A stretch of DNA of 60,825 nt, the filler included, from Sphacelaria rigidula (taxonomy: Eukaryota), in NCBI GenBank assembly GCA_964200075.2. It is 4 parts of 4 records of this genome, joined end to end, with 100 filler letters (N's around TTAATTAATTAA, not from the genome) between each part and the next. Parts side by side here need not be neighbours in the genome. Positions count along the whole stretch, not along the records: positions 45,697 to 60,825 come from CAXNAA020001895.1; 3 more parts are not named here. One strand, 5' to 3'. The notes under the pieces were generated by a model. That model did not search any database. It was not told where the DNA came from and saw only the letters and a list, made by a program, of their open reading frames with translations. Below are positions 49,434-60,825 of the stretch, one piece after another. The translations under genes and the position numbers were made by a program. Within the stretch, counting starts at the first letter, position 1. The number at the start of each line of letters is the position of its first letter.

Positions 49434-52400
49434 GGAGCGGACCCTTCCTGGACATCAACCAAGGGATCTACTCCGCTTCATTTCGCCTGCAACACGGGAC
49501 ACTTCGACTGCGCCTCTCGACTGCTGAAGGCCGGGGTTGATGTCAACGCAGGGTGAGAAAAAGAAGGAACTGGCCACACGTGGAACGAGCTTGTTGCATC
49601 TTTCAGCCGATAGAAAGAGACGGAATGTTTTACTGTTCGTGCAGCACTGCAGATGAATTTGTTCCCCACGCTGCTTCTTGTTGGCGTCTTCCAAGAACGC
49701 TCGCGGTTTTGTTCCAGTCACTCAGACCCACGATCACGGCGATGATCGACATGATGATGGCGCTTCAGTGAGTGCCGACATCAGTGTCCACAGACTAACG
49801 GCATGACTCTTTTCTTGCCATATTGCCTCCTGGGTGATGACGGTTCATCCAGACTTACTCACATCATTTATTATCCGTGGATGAATTCGTTCACAATGAT
49901 GATGCTGTCGATGGTACGTGTTGCTTGCAGGAACTCGAACGGTACCACTCCTCTCATCATCTCGGCGTTCGGGGCCCACACGAGCTGTGTTAAACTTCTG
50001 CTGGAGTGAGTCGATTTGCCAACCCAACATCGCGTTGTTTTGTCTCAGTTTCGGAGTTCTAAAGCTACACACGTTACACACGTCACTGGTAAGCTTGATG
50101 CCCTGTCGATGTCTGTGGTGCTTGGACGGAGCGCAGGTTAAGTAAAGCAGCATTACCACCTGTCTATCGAAGGTGTGGTCGGTGTACTGTACATGAAGTA
50201 GTCCAGTCCGTGTTGGTCTGATGCGTGCAGAGAATAGCGCTTTGCGTGCGGTGGGCGGTCTGTGTTCGACGTTGATGGGCTGGTCCTGAGTTGCCATACA
50301 AATACACACCTCCGTACCTATGTGCACGCGTAGGTCTCCCATCACTTGGGAACACATGTTTTCACCAGCTACAAGTTTCGTTGCCTCAATCCGTTCTTGT
50401 TTTTTCTTGACCAACAAGTCATGCTTTTACAACAATTTTACACAAGACGTGGACACAGGATGAGTCAACACGCCAACCCCTGCATTCTTCTTGCGTGGTA
50501 TTGTGTGTATTGTGTGTAGGCACGGCGCAGATCCCGATGTCCGTGACAACCTCGGGCGCAGGGCCGGCGACAGCCTTTGCGGGGTCGGAATAGGAGCCAC
50601 CGGGGTAGCAGGCACATCAGGGCAGCAGCCCTTTCTAGAGACACGTTCGCTTTTGGCCAAGGCGCGTGCTGCGCGGGAGCAACTATTGAAGTGCGAAAAG
50701 CAGCGATCAGAGAGGGAAGGATCAGTAGCCCTGTCGTGTGCGTCTGCGGTTGGGAGGCCACCACCGCCACCTCTCTCGGCAAGAGCAGATACGAGTAGCT
50801 GTAAACCATCCTCGACTGGTGCGTCATGTCCTATAAACGTGACATCTGCTACTACGACGCTTTCACCTACGGGAGCAACGTCGGGTTGTGCTGAAAACGA
50901 AGAGGATGCAGCGGTCGACAGTGCCGGCGCTTGTGGCGGCCGAATCCGTGCCGCTTCGGTGTCAATCACGGGCGTTGGCGACAACAGAGACGGACGTGCG
51001 TTCTCGGATCCAACGGTGCTTTCGACATGGTTGCCATGTGGAGGAGGTCGATCAGGATCAGGTCCGTTAGCCTCGGGCGAGTTTTCGTCTCCTCCACCGC
51101 TGTCGTCGTCATCTTCGTCGGCGCGGCAGTGCGCACTGAACTTGACGTCGCCTTCGGCATCCTCAAGAGGTGCAGGTTCCAGACGAGACCAAGTGGTAGC
51201 GGGGTCATCACCGTTGCCGGGTTCGTCGGCGCCCTCACCATCGTCTTCGTCCTCAGTGCCACCGCCGTTTTTGTCGTCCCCAATGGCTACCGCGACCACG
51301 TCGTCGCCATCGCCGATGACCTCGCCCATGACTTCAAGGAGTACGCCAGCGGCTCCCGAGGTACGATGGGCGCGCGAACCGCCGCTTATTGATATATTCA
51401 CCACTGTGGTTTGGAGAAGAGTCGTTTGTCCGCAGTAGGAATTTTCCCCGGCGTTCGTGCGATATGAAGTTGATTATCAGGCGATGTGATCATCGATGAA
51501 CCAGTCACACCCCGGGCACAGGGCAAACATTGCACCAAACTTATGTAGATGATGAGCGCCCGCGGTCGGCTATTGCACTTGAGGTGGAAGCTGGCTATGG
51601 TGGATGCCGCACATCCCCTGTATGATGTCCAGAGCGGCACGCTCAGTATGACTCCGCTAGACACTGCAGATCCGCTGAGTTACTCCCGCCTCCGTGTGCT
51701 TCAATGTGTGATCGTGATGCACCGTACTGTGCTGCATTGTTGATCTCAGTTGCATGCATGTACATGTATTATACTCGTATGCTCCGTTCAGTTTGACCAC
51801 CCGCGACGGCTCCTGAATCCCAAGACTTACGCCATGGAGCTCAAGGCTGCCCTCGCGGCCAACGCTGCCCACCGTCGGAGTTTAACAAGAGAAGAAGACA
51901 GTTATCTGGAGCAAAGAGATGAGATGGAGAGACAGCGGGGGCAGGCGGGCGGGCGGAGGAGAGGGGCAGAGGAGCAGGTTTGTTGGCGTTGGTCCTGGTG
52001 GTTGACTACTTTTACGTTTCCCCCCTCTTTTTATTTGGAGCAAGATTTCATCCACGTTCTCTTTTTTCCTCGCTTCCTCCATCACGTTTTTTTGCGTCGA
52101 GTATGTGTCGCGTCGGCTGTTCTTGTGCTCCGCTATCGCTGTCGTTTGCTCCTGTCGCCTCCCACTCCCCTCCCACGCCCACACGTGATGGCGTGTTGGT
52201 TGCACATGACTCCGTGGTCGGGAGCCTGTGGGCGGTACTGTAGATGGCTAGTACCAATAAAGGTTTATACGGAATGAGAGTCACTTGAACTAGGTACTGT
52301 AGTAACGCAACGCTGGTACAGTGATGTACCGCTAAAGGTGTGCATGCTGGTGTATAGGGGTGTTTTATTATATGGACAGAAAACACAGCAGCGCCCTTCA

Positions 52401-55037
52401 GTTGCCGCCTCATGCTACAGCAGCAGAAGGGCGAGTCAGTCTTCAACTACTGCCGTGGGGCGGGTTTACCCCACTTCGGCGCCATGAAGCAATGTTTGGA
52501 AACATGCCTTGCATAGTCAAAGCATAATGATAACCCTAATCCTAATTTTAATCCAAGACAGACAGAGAATCTTCGGGTAGGGGAGTGCATACTGGTCCCT
52601 AGATCCCTAGACAAAGTGTGCTTTATTTTTGCTCGAAATCGGCGCCTCGTTTGAGCCAAAACACGTGGTATGCACGGTACGCGCACACTTGGCGGCGCTC
52701 GGGACTGTAAGCCCTGTTGGGATTCGAATATAATGATCTACCCTGAAACCAATTACGCAACTACCACTGCTCAATGGCGCTGAACTGGGATAAACTCCGA
52801 AGACCGTCATTGGTTGTCCCGCTATGGTGAATGTCTCAACACGTCAGGATTCGGAGCTCCGCAATATCAAATACCTTCACCATTACCATTAGCATACGTC
52901 TTTTGGGGCCGCGGGGGTTGATACCTGTTTTTTTGGACTGCCGGTTCTGTGAGATGCGCAGAGTGTTTCTGCGGTGGAAGTTCGGGAACTTGTCGCTGTA
53001 GAGACGGCGAGTCGATACAAGAGCTCCACACTCTCCCCAGTAAGCAAGAAGTTGAAATGTCCTGGAAGGCATGTGCGCAACTATCGCTCCCCCAATTATC
53101 AGCCACGCCTTTTGTTTTTTGGTACCACCGCCGTATTGCACAGCTATAGGCGCGGAAACGTTCTGTATTTCAAGACCTTTTGATTAACTTACTGTCTGCA
53201 CTAATTGTGTTCGCTATTCGCTGTGCCTTGTTCCTACCCCGGCGCGATGTGGCTTCCACCAGGCGGCGTTGCTCCGAGCACAGGCGGATGCACTGGCACG
53301 TGGCGAAGATACTAACATGCGCTCCCATCCATCGAATAACATGGCGGCACCAACGATGCACATCCGACAGGTTTGACCCTCTCCTTCGGCTGGGCTCGAC
53401 CTATGACATATATTTGATATTTCCATCAATACTGCTGCCGGGAGTAAACGCGGTTTGCCAAGCGCGAAAGTGGCACGTAGTGGTTCGCGTGCCAGCGCAC
53501 ATGGCTGCATTCCTTCATCTTTCTTTAATCTTTGTATACTCACAGGTATCGCTCTCAGTTGTATAATTTCCGTCCCGCGGCTTTGCCTCTAGTATAACAC
53601 TACTCTACCCCAACGTGAAGCATTCTGGTCGTCCTTGCCCTTGTGCTGCCTCGCTGACACCTTGCGTTCTGCGTGAAACCAAGCAGGGCTCCCTGGGTCG
53701 ACTGAGCGGCCACCTTTCACACTCACCCCAAGGCTCTGCATCAGGAGCGGAGGGGCTAGGCGTCACCCCGCAGACACTCCAAGGACCTTCCCCGTCTAGC
53801 TCGCACAGCAGCAGTCCACATCTCTTCGCCACTTCTTCCTCTTCCTGTGGTGCATCTTCCTCTGCCATCATGTCACCCGGAACAGCTCTGCCAATTCCCG
53901 CCTTCAGCGCCAACGATGATGATGGCGATGCTACTGTTGCACGTATCGATGGGAGAGAAGTGATGGTCGATGATGCCCAGGACGCAAGAGACATTAGTCC
54001 GTCTCAGGCTCGGTATTTTGGGGATCAATCGCTGTGTTGCGGGGATGATATCAGAGACCCGTGTAACCGTCTCCTTCGGTGCGATCGTCGTGATGACAAC
54101 GATCAGCGTCATCATCATCATCATCGTCGTCATCATGCTCACAATCGGCAGCAGCAGTACCAGCAGCAGCAAGGAGGCCAGGAAGGAGCCCAAGAAGACA
54201 TGGACGGTTATCGGACGACAAGGCACAGAGACATCATCATTACTGCCCCTGCCAGTTTAAACACTACCCGCAACGCAGGCATGCACGATGATGACCCTGC
54301 TACCCGAACAGTACATGGCCGGCTGCTGGATGCCTTCGACGGACAACGAAGGCTGGTGCTACACCCGACAAGCACTGCGACTAGAGGCAACACGGCGAGC
54401 AACAACACGACCAACAAGAGCAATAGTCGGACGACTGCAGCGAGCGATATTTGCGGTGATATGGCGGACGGGGTTAGCAGCATGCTGGACGAAGCTGCGG
54501 CGATGGTGGACGAGGGTGCAGAGGGCGCAGAGGGTGCTACCATGCTTCATGCGGACAGGAGTGAGGGTAGTTTTGCTTCGCGGGAGGCTTGTCGGGGGCT
54601 AGGAGGACGGAGGGCGGAAGGGGGGCAGTCGAGGGATGCAGGGAGAGATGGAGGGAGGGCAAGGAATGTCAGGCTCGTGGAAGCACAGGTGTGGTGCGTT
54701 GGAATACATGGTGCATAGTGCACGGTGCACGATGAATATGTAGTAGATGGCTCCATCGAAGGTATAACCATGCAGTTGCCGGGAAGGCGCATGTCAGGTC
54801 GCGTACTTCGATGCCGGTGAAGTGTTTCAAGGGTGGCGATTTTGTGTAATCGACCTGAAAGTGTTGCACCTTGATATGCATCGCGGCGTGCTCGAGTCAC
54901 ATACTTGATATATTATCTGACTAATGCGGCGCAAATGAACGATATTGGCGTGCTATTCTCCAGTCTAATTCCATTTGATGTTGTCATCATTGAGCATGAC
55001 CGCGGCACTCGCAGGTATGCTTGAGGAGGGAAAGACG
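49434..55037 (+). CDS. Ankyrin-repeat protein with long Ser/Pro- and His/Gln-rich low-complexity regions; 5' end unresolved, probably continues to about 60620 or beyond
   Basis: Phase-consistent exons: 49434-49552 (GADPSWTSTKGSTPLHFACNTGHFDCASRLLKAGVDVNA), 49931-50005 (NSNGTTPLIISAFGAHTSCVKLLLE), 50520-51360 (HGADPDVRDNLGR...), 51792-51977, 53263-53370, 53687-54688, and candidate micro-exon 55015-55037. Further candidate exons lie near 59927-59982 and 60447-60618, with ambiguous frame. Confidence 0.8.
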
Positions 55038-55141
55038 GTAAGTAAACTAATGTAGTCACGCGCGACGAAGACAAACGCACCGCCCTTCACAGCGCACACT
55101 TGCATACGGTGAGAAGACTTCCTGAATTTTCCAGGAGAGTA

Positions 55142-55736
55142 CGAGCTGGGCCAGCTTAAAAGCTGCTAAAACTTGCCCACACCACAGCTTCCCCAGTTTC
55201 CTGAATGCACCCGATGTAAGCATATGACTGTGAAGTGCAGACCAACCTGGTGACACACGACACCGCCGCTGACTGAAAAAAAAAAATGAAAAAAATGTAC
55301 TGCATACTGTATTACCTCAACGACGGACGAAAAAAAAATAGAATCTGTGGGGATTCGAACTCATGACCTCCATAATTGGAGTCTCCCATCACTTGATTTA
55401 TAGGGGTGCAGCAGCGTCACGGAAAATGTTGAACGCACGGCCCGACGAGTCTTGAGCTGAAATTTCAGGAAGATTTTCTGCACCCAAGGAACTGATACTT
55501 CCCATGTCCAGCAGCAGATTCTCCTTTCTTTCCTGGACTTACGGCATTATCTCGTTTTTTCTGGAATTTCAAATGCCCATAACTTTTTCTTTTTTTCTTT
55601 TTTTCTTTGCTGGTCCCGTGATCTTCTGCATTTCAATCATGAAAAGCTGCTGTCGAAATTTCAGCGTCCAACTCCTAATATCGCGCCGTGCGTCGCCTGA
55701 GCGAGATTGACACGTACTCTTGGCTGGCCCAGCTCG
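55142..55736. mobile_element. Tc1/mariner-type non-autonomous element with the same TIR as 13804-14684
   Basis: TA|CGAGCTGGGCCAGC ... GCTGGCCCAGCTCG|TA. Confidence 0.85.
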
Positions 55737-55738
55737 TA

Positions 55739-58530
55739 GATGAAATGGAAATATACCCCCCGTGGTTTCAGGGACACGATGGGGGTAGCTCACTTTTCGT
55801 GGCGGGTCGCAGCGATGCACATCGGCTGTGCAACTCTAGAACACGCTCCAGCGCCTCGGGCCCACGCCCAACGAGCCCCGACAGCATGCCCCCTTTTTTT
55901 ACACTGGAAAGAGGGTTAACTAGGACGTGGAAAGTTGAGCTTGTTCGAGCACCCCCATTTTGTACCCAGACCGGCGCGGCACACCCACCTCTCAGATAGA
56001 AAGTACTTGGTGCCCCCATTTTGCTCACGTGTAACCTCCCTCTTTGTTCAATAGTAAACCTCTTGCGGACTGCGCAGGGGACATCCCGAACAATCGCAAG
56101 CATACCCCCTTCTCGTCAATTCACACATTTTCGAAAGTCAAACGCCAAAAAGCCCAAGAAGCAAGCGATGGTGGTCTGCTACTGGTTGCCCTGCAGACCC
56201 AAACAATCCGACGATATGTGCAGAGTGCAGAGTGCAGGGTGCAGGATGAGAACGGTCATACTGCAGGAAGGTCACAGATCCAAAGATGGGTGAAGAGTCT
56301 TTCTGTCACACGCCTGCACAACGGCAACATGATGCGCCACACGCCACCTGCACAACGACGCGCGTCTTTATATTTGTTGACTGTTGCTGCTGTGCCCATC
56401 CTAAAAAAAAACGGCAATCCGCATGTGCCGACTGTCCCAAGTATATATGGGGAGGAGAGTTCTGATGTGGTGTTCGGGTCCTCCAAGCGTCAACACGCGT
56501 TCACGGAACAACAGTATACATGCACTAGGCTCTCTTCTATTTACGGTAGAGTATAGACCAAACGATACAGGAGAACATACCCGCCGCTCAGCTGCACGCG
56601 TGTATTCTGTTAAGCTGCGGTATTTTCGGGACGTTATTTGCGGAGGGGTTGGCCCAGTTCGGAGCCATTTTAGTGATGGTTGATATTGCTCGATTTTAGT
56701 GTTGAAGTCGAAATTCGCATCTTTAGTGGGGCTGACAGACTCAAGTGCCGCCTAGCTTGCGCAGAAGACGATTTTGTCAAAATAGGCGCTACAGACACCG
56801 ATTTAAGGTCTGCCAACGCACACTTAGCGTAGGGTATCCTTTGCACCCCCGTTGCCGGAGGGTTCTCCGTGTGCCTTGGGTTGGAGTTGGGGTCAAGGAT
56901 ATTTTGTATACCGCTACAGTATTGAACAAATGTGTCAACCATGAATGTTTTGGCGCCGAACTGGGACAAGCCCACACGGGTGGGCGCTGGTGCAGTTTAC
57001 TCCTCATTTTCACGGTTAGGACGACTAAACTCGTGAATCAACTCATTTTCATCATTTCAACAAGTGAATCATACTATTCGTACATCATTTGTAATTCATA
57101 CAGCTTTTCAGCTTGTGTGTCGTACAGTGCATGTCAAAGGTACCTGCTTCGTACCTTCCGTGAATACCGGGGTAAATAATGGGCACATAGTCAACCCCTG
57201 CACTGCAAATTTGAATGCACCGGTTGTACATGCCACGCACTTCTCACCATCATGAGTCGGGAACGTTATGTACAACTTGCTTGGCCGAGTCATTCGAGGT
57301 GACCGCCCGTATATTTTTCCCACTTTCGGGTTAATGCGGGACCAACAATCTGTACCGGTTGAATCTTTACTTCCGATGAGCCCTGAATCACGCGTGATTT
57401 TCTCTCAGCTGTAATGCACGCAAGATGCCTGCGCTTCATATGTGTTATCCACCCTCGACTCAGCGGTACCAACATTCATATAGGTTTCATTTTTTCATTT
57501 CATGAGGAGTCGACTCGTATGAACTCTTATTCGTTCTAACCGTGGTCATTTTGGAGCGTCCCCAAGTTGTCGGCAAGTTGAACAGCACGCGTGCAGCGTG
57601 AAGTTGATTGCCAAAGATATGTGCCAGGGTATATATAGGTGGGATTACGATGGTTACACAACGCGACACCGTGCGCGATCACACCCGATTCATGCTGTAC
57701 CTATGTCTTCATTGAAATCATCCATGACGTACCATAATGTAGAGACGCTCTTGAAAGCGGATAACGTGTAACAACGACCACCCTCGCACCTATTTTTATT
57801 TTTTGTGGGGGATTGGCGCGGGTAAATGATTCATGGTTGACGGAAGACCCAGCGGAGGCGCCGCGCTACTACCGAACATCGTTGGGAAAAAACTCCGACA
57901 TGATTCCGGTCCGCGCGCTGTGCTGTGCCATGTGGTGCATCATGTTGTCATTGTGCAGGCGTGTGGCGGAATTTTTTTTGACACATATTTTGGTTTTCGT
58001 ACTGTTCCCGCAGTATAACCTTTCGCACACGGCACACGGTACACACATCGTCAGATGGTTTGGGTCTGTAGAGCAACCAGTAACAGGCCACATTTTATTG
58101 CTCGTGGGATTTGTTGACGTTTTCAAGATGTAGATTGACAGCATGGGGTTTGTATGGGACTGTTCGGGGTGCCCCCTGCGCAGTCCGCGGGAGGCTCACC
58201 GTTGAGTAAGAAGGGGTGTGCACGTGAACAAAACGGGGGTACCATGTACGAAGTGTATTTTTAGCTGAGGGGGGTCGTACCCCGCGGGTTTGGTAACAAA
58301 ATGGGGTGCTCTAACATGCTCACCTTTTCACACCCTAGTCAACCGTGTTTCCATGTGTGCAAGAATGTAGAGATGCTGCCGAGGCACCTTGGGCGTGGGG
58401 CTGAGGTGCTGGAAGGTCTTCAAGAGATGCCCAGCCGGTGTGCAGCGCTGCGCCCTGCACCGAAAAGTGTGCTACCCCCATTTTGTCTCTGAAACCACGG
58501 GGGTACACCCCGTTTTCTCATTTTACAAAC
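55739..58530. repeat. Pair of ~620-bp diverged inverted repeats (about 55739-56365 and 57910-58530)
   Basis: For example, CCCCCGTGGTTTCAGGGACACGATGGGGGTAGC pairs with GCTACCCCCATTTTGTCTCTGAAACCACGGGGG, and the inner ends CCTGCACAACGGCAACATGATGC pair with GCATCATGTTGTCATTGTGCAGG. Confidence 0.8.
56770..56985. repeat. Dispersed repeat with telomere-like core; relatives at about 11760-12010 and 52450-52670 (both inverted)
   Basis: Shared AGGTCTGCCAACGCACACT and TG(C/T)ACCCCCGTTGCC(A/G)GAGG, followed by GGGTT(A/G)G(G/A)GTT(A/G)GGGTCA. Confidence 0.55.
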
Positions 58531-59034
58531 ACAAGATGAAAACCGGGATGATGCACGGGAAAGACAAACGCACCGCCCAGCATAACGCACACTTGCATAC
58601 GAAGATGAGATGGGTTACGGGAAGGGAATCCCAAAAATATGGTGTGATATGTTTCGATCATCGGTCAAAACTGATCAAGTTGAAGAGGCACATAATTTGG
58701 GAGCATACACTTCCATACAGCGCGTCTTGCTCTTTGAATATACACCCGGTTTTGGTGCAAACTTTCGTGTTCGGATCTTTGGAGGGCCAACAGTCCAAAG
58801 CATTCGACCAGTGCAAGGTGTGTGTAGCGTGCGCACCACTGGTTTCGGCTTAAATCGGCGCTTTCGCTTCTAGCGTCGACTTCAGCAAAAACAGAGTAAT
58901 TGGCCTGTTTTAATTAGGGTGTCACATGCACCTCACCTCCCTTGCCTTGGGAGTGGATTTCGGGCTAGGTTTAGCAGTACGGTTCGACCAAGTGAAGATT
59001 CAAGCAACACTGAATTTGAAGAGGCATATGACGC

Positions 59035-59378
59035 TTGGTGACCTCACCACGACACAGAAAGCTGCACTGCATGTCCACCGCGTAGTCGGTAGTCCGTGTG
59101 TACTGGGTAGGGACGGGCATTGCTCAAACAAGACTCAACAATCTAACAGTCCAACAGTCCCCACCACTAGCCTCCTTCCGTCGAATGTGACAAGTCCGGT
59201 TTGGCCCAGGCCGAGAGTTTGCGTGATGGCTGTCGGTAGTTGTTGCCAGTGTGAAGTTGACGGGGTGTATGATGCCTGGTGACCTCATCACAGCACTAGA
59301 AGCTGTGATGCATATCCACCGTGTTGTCGGTAGCCCGTGTATGCTGGAGGTGGGTGGGGACGTGCACGCTTCAAACAG
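59035..59378. repeat. Two diverged ~95-bp direct repeats about 240 bp apart
   Basis: TGGTGACCTCA...TCCACCG.GT.GTCGGTAG.CCGTGT...TCAAACA at about 59035-59130 and 59277-59378. Confidence 0.7.
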
Positions 59379-60825
59379 CAACCCCCACGATTGGGCTTGT
59401 TCCATCAAATGTGAGAACTCGGCACACATGCCACCCCAGGAGGTTGCATTTGGCCCAACTGGAGTATTTTCGTTATGGCTTTCCTGGTGTTGTAATCGTT
59501 TCCGCACGGTTAGGGTTAGGGTCGTAAGGCTGGCGCTGTTTCTGGCTGTGAGACGGTATTTGGCAGCGTTCACGTTCGAGCTGCAGCTCGTTTGGGGCTT
59601 TGCCGCTCGTCGATGATTCAAGGCCGACAAAACCGTTACCTGCAGTATCATATGTATGAGTGGTATGCTCCTTGCACTCGGTGACCACGGGTTAAAGAGA
59701 TCGAGCTAATGTGACGAACATAATAATAATAGTAATGGTTATAATAATAATCAGGCACTGCCCAACTACCATGATCGTGCCTTTGCAGTTACCGATGACG
59801 AGTTAGTTACAAAAGACGTGTCATTTAACTACTAGGTAAACGAAGGGGTGCCTCTCTCTGATTCTTGAGCTGACGTCATTTGCCTTGTTATGTTGGTGCT
59901 TTTGATATGATTGTTGTTCTGGGCAGTCAAGATGCTTTGGCCACCTGGAAGCGGAGCCTAGGCTGCCTCGGAGAGACAACAGGTGCTGCACTGGGGGTGT
60001 TTTTTCACGTTTTGCTATCACAGCCTCTTGTCTGCGATCCAACAGCCTACGTGATGTTTCTTGGTGAAAATGCCTTACATGCCTTAGACATTACATGCCT
60101 TGGATTGCTGACACTGGCTGAAAATATCCAGCGTCAGCGGAACGCGTGTGTATTCTACTGCGCTTGATGCTTTGATTTCGAGTGTTCCATTCAATGGCGC
60201 CGACAATGGGATCTATCCGGGCCGAACGAGCGGTATCGTAATTGCACAACCTCCCTCCCCCCCGAAATGAAGAAAGCTGCAGTTTACCGAGACCTGTACC
60301 AACAAGTCGTGACGTTTCTGCACTTTGACGTTTCGTTTTGTCATTTTCTTGTGTTGTTATAGCGCTGCTGCAACACATCAATCGGCTGTTGGTCAATGTT
60401 TTGTCGTCGTTGATACTGTCCATGCGCGTATTTCTTGTGACGACAGGGACGGCCGCAGCGAGCGATATCGTAGTCGCACCAACGCTAACAAGCGTCAGAG
60501 AGCCGGTACAGGCACTGGCACAGCTGCCTCGGGAGCAGGTCCACCCTCCCTTGAGCCGGCGTCCTGTTTGAGCGGTGGTAGGGTGTGCAGGAGAAACACG
60601 GCAGCTACCGCAGCGGAGGTGATCGCTGTGTATACACTGATGCTTTGCTGTGTGATGGTCAGATATGAGTAAGTTGATGCTATGATATTCCAAGGCGTGG
60701 CATATGAATCTTCATGGACATCTAGACGTACACTACACCAAACTACACTCGAATCCTTTACATAAACCCAGCTTCGGCTGCGGGGGGGGGGGGGCATTAA
60801 TACTCTGTTAAGGGGGAGGAGCAGG

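Noticed and set aside
50427-51404. 325-aa minus-strand acidic ORF
   Set aside because: Antisense shadow of the plus-strand Ser/Pro-rich exon, which splices in frame to ankyrin exons.

Overview
Eukaryotic, intron-rich, repeat-rich draft-assembly sequence. It has N gaps carrying an artificial TTAATTAATTAA spacer. Intron style, TTAGGG hexamers and the LINE type suggest a brown alga or related stramenopile (inference). Three spliced genes can be reconstructed by hand. (1) A minus-strand gene (11362 to about 1816) encodes a predicted secreted protein: signal peptide, RRL-containing pro-exon, eight 6-Cys modules each in its own exon, and a basic tail. Six of the module exons are exactly 105 bp and phase 1-1. 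This is the most interesting feature. (2) A minus-strand TM9SF/nonaspanin gene has 14 exons found, a GC-AG intron, a lumenal insertion and a C-terminal KVD. (3) A plus-strand ankyrin-repeat gene has long low-complexity exons. The rest is dense with transposon relics: 4-bp-TSD GACAC MITEs, Harbinger-like foldbacks, TA-flanked and TTAA-flanked MITEs, a CACAC-terminal family, tRNA-headed SINEs, an RTE-type LINE 3' end, and long inverted-repeat pairs. All alignments and splice models were made by eye and no database searches were run.
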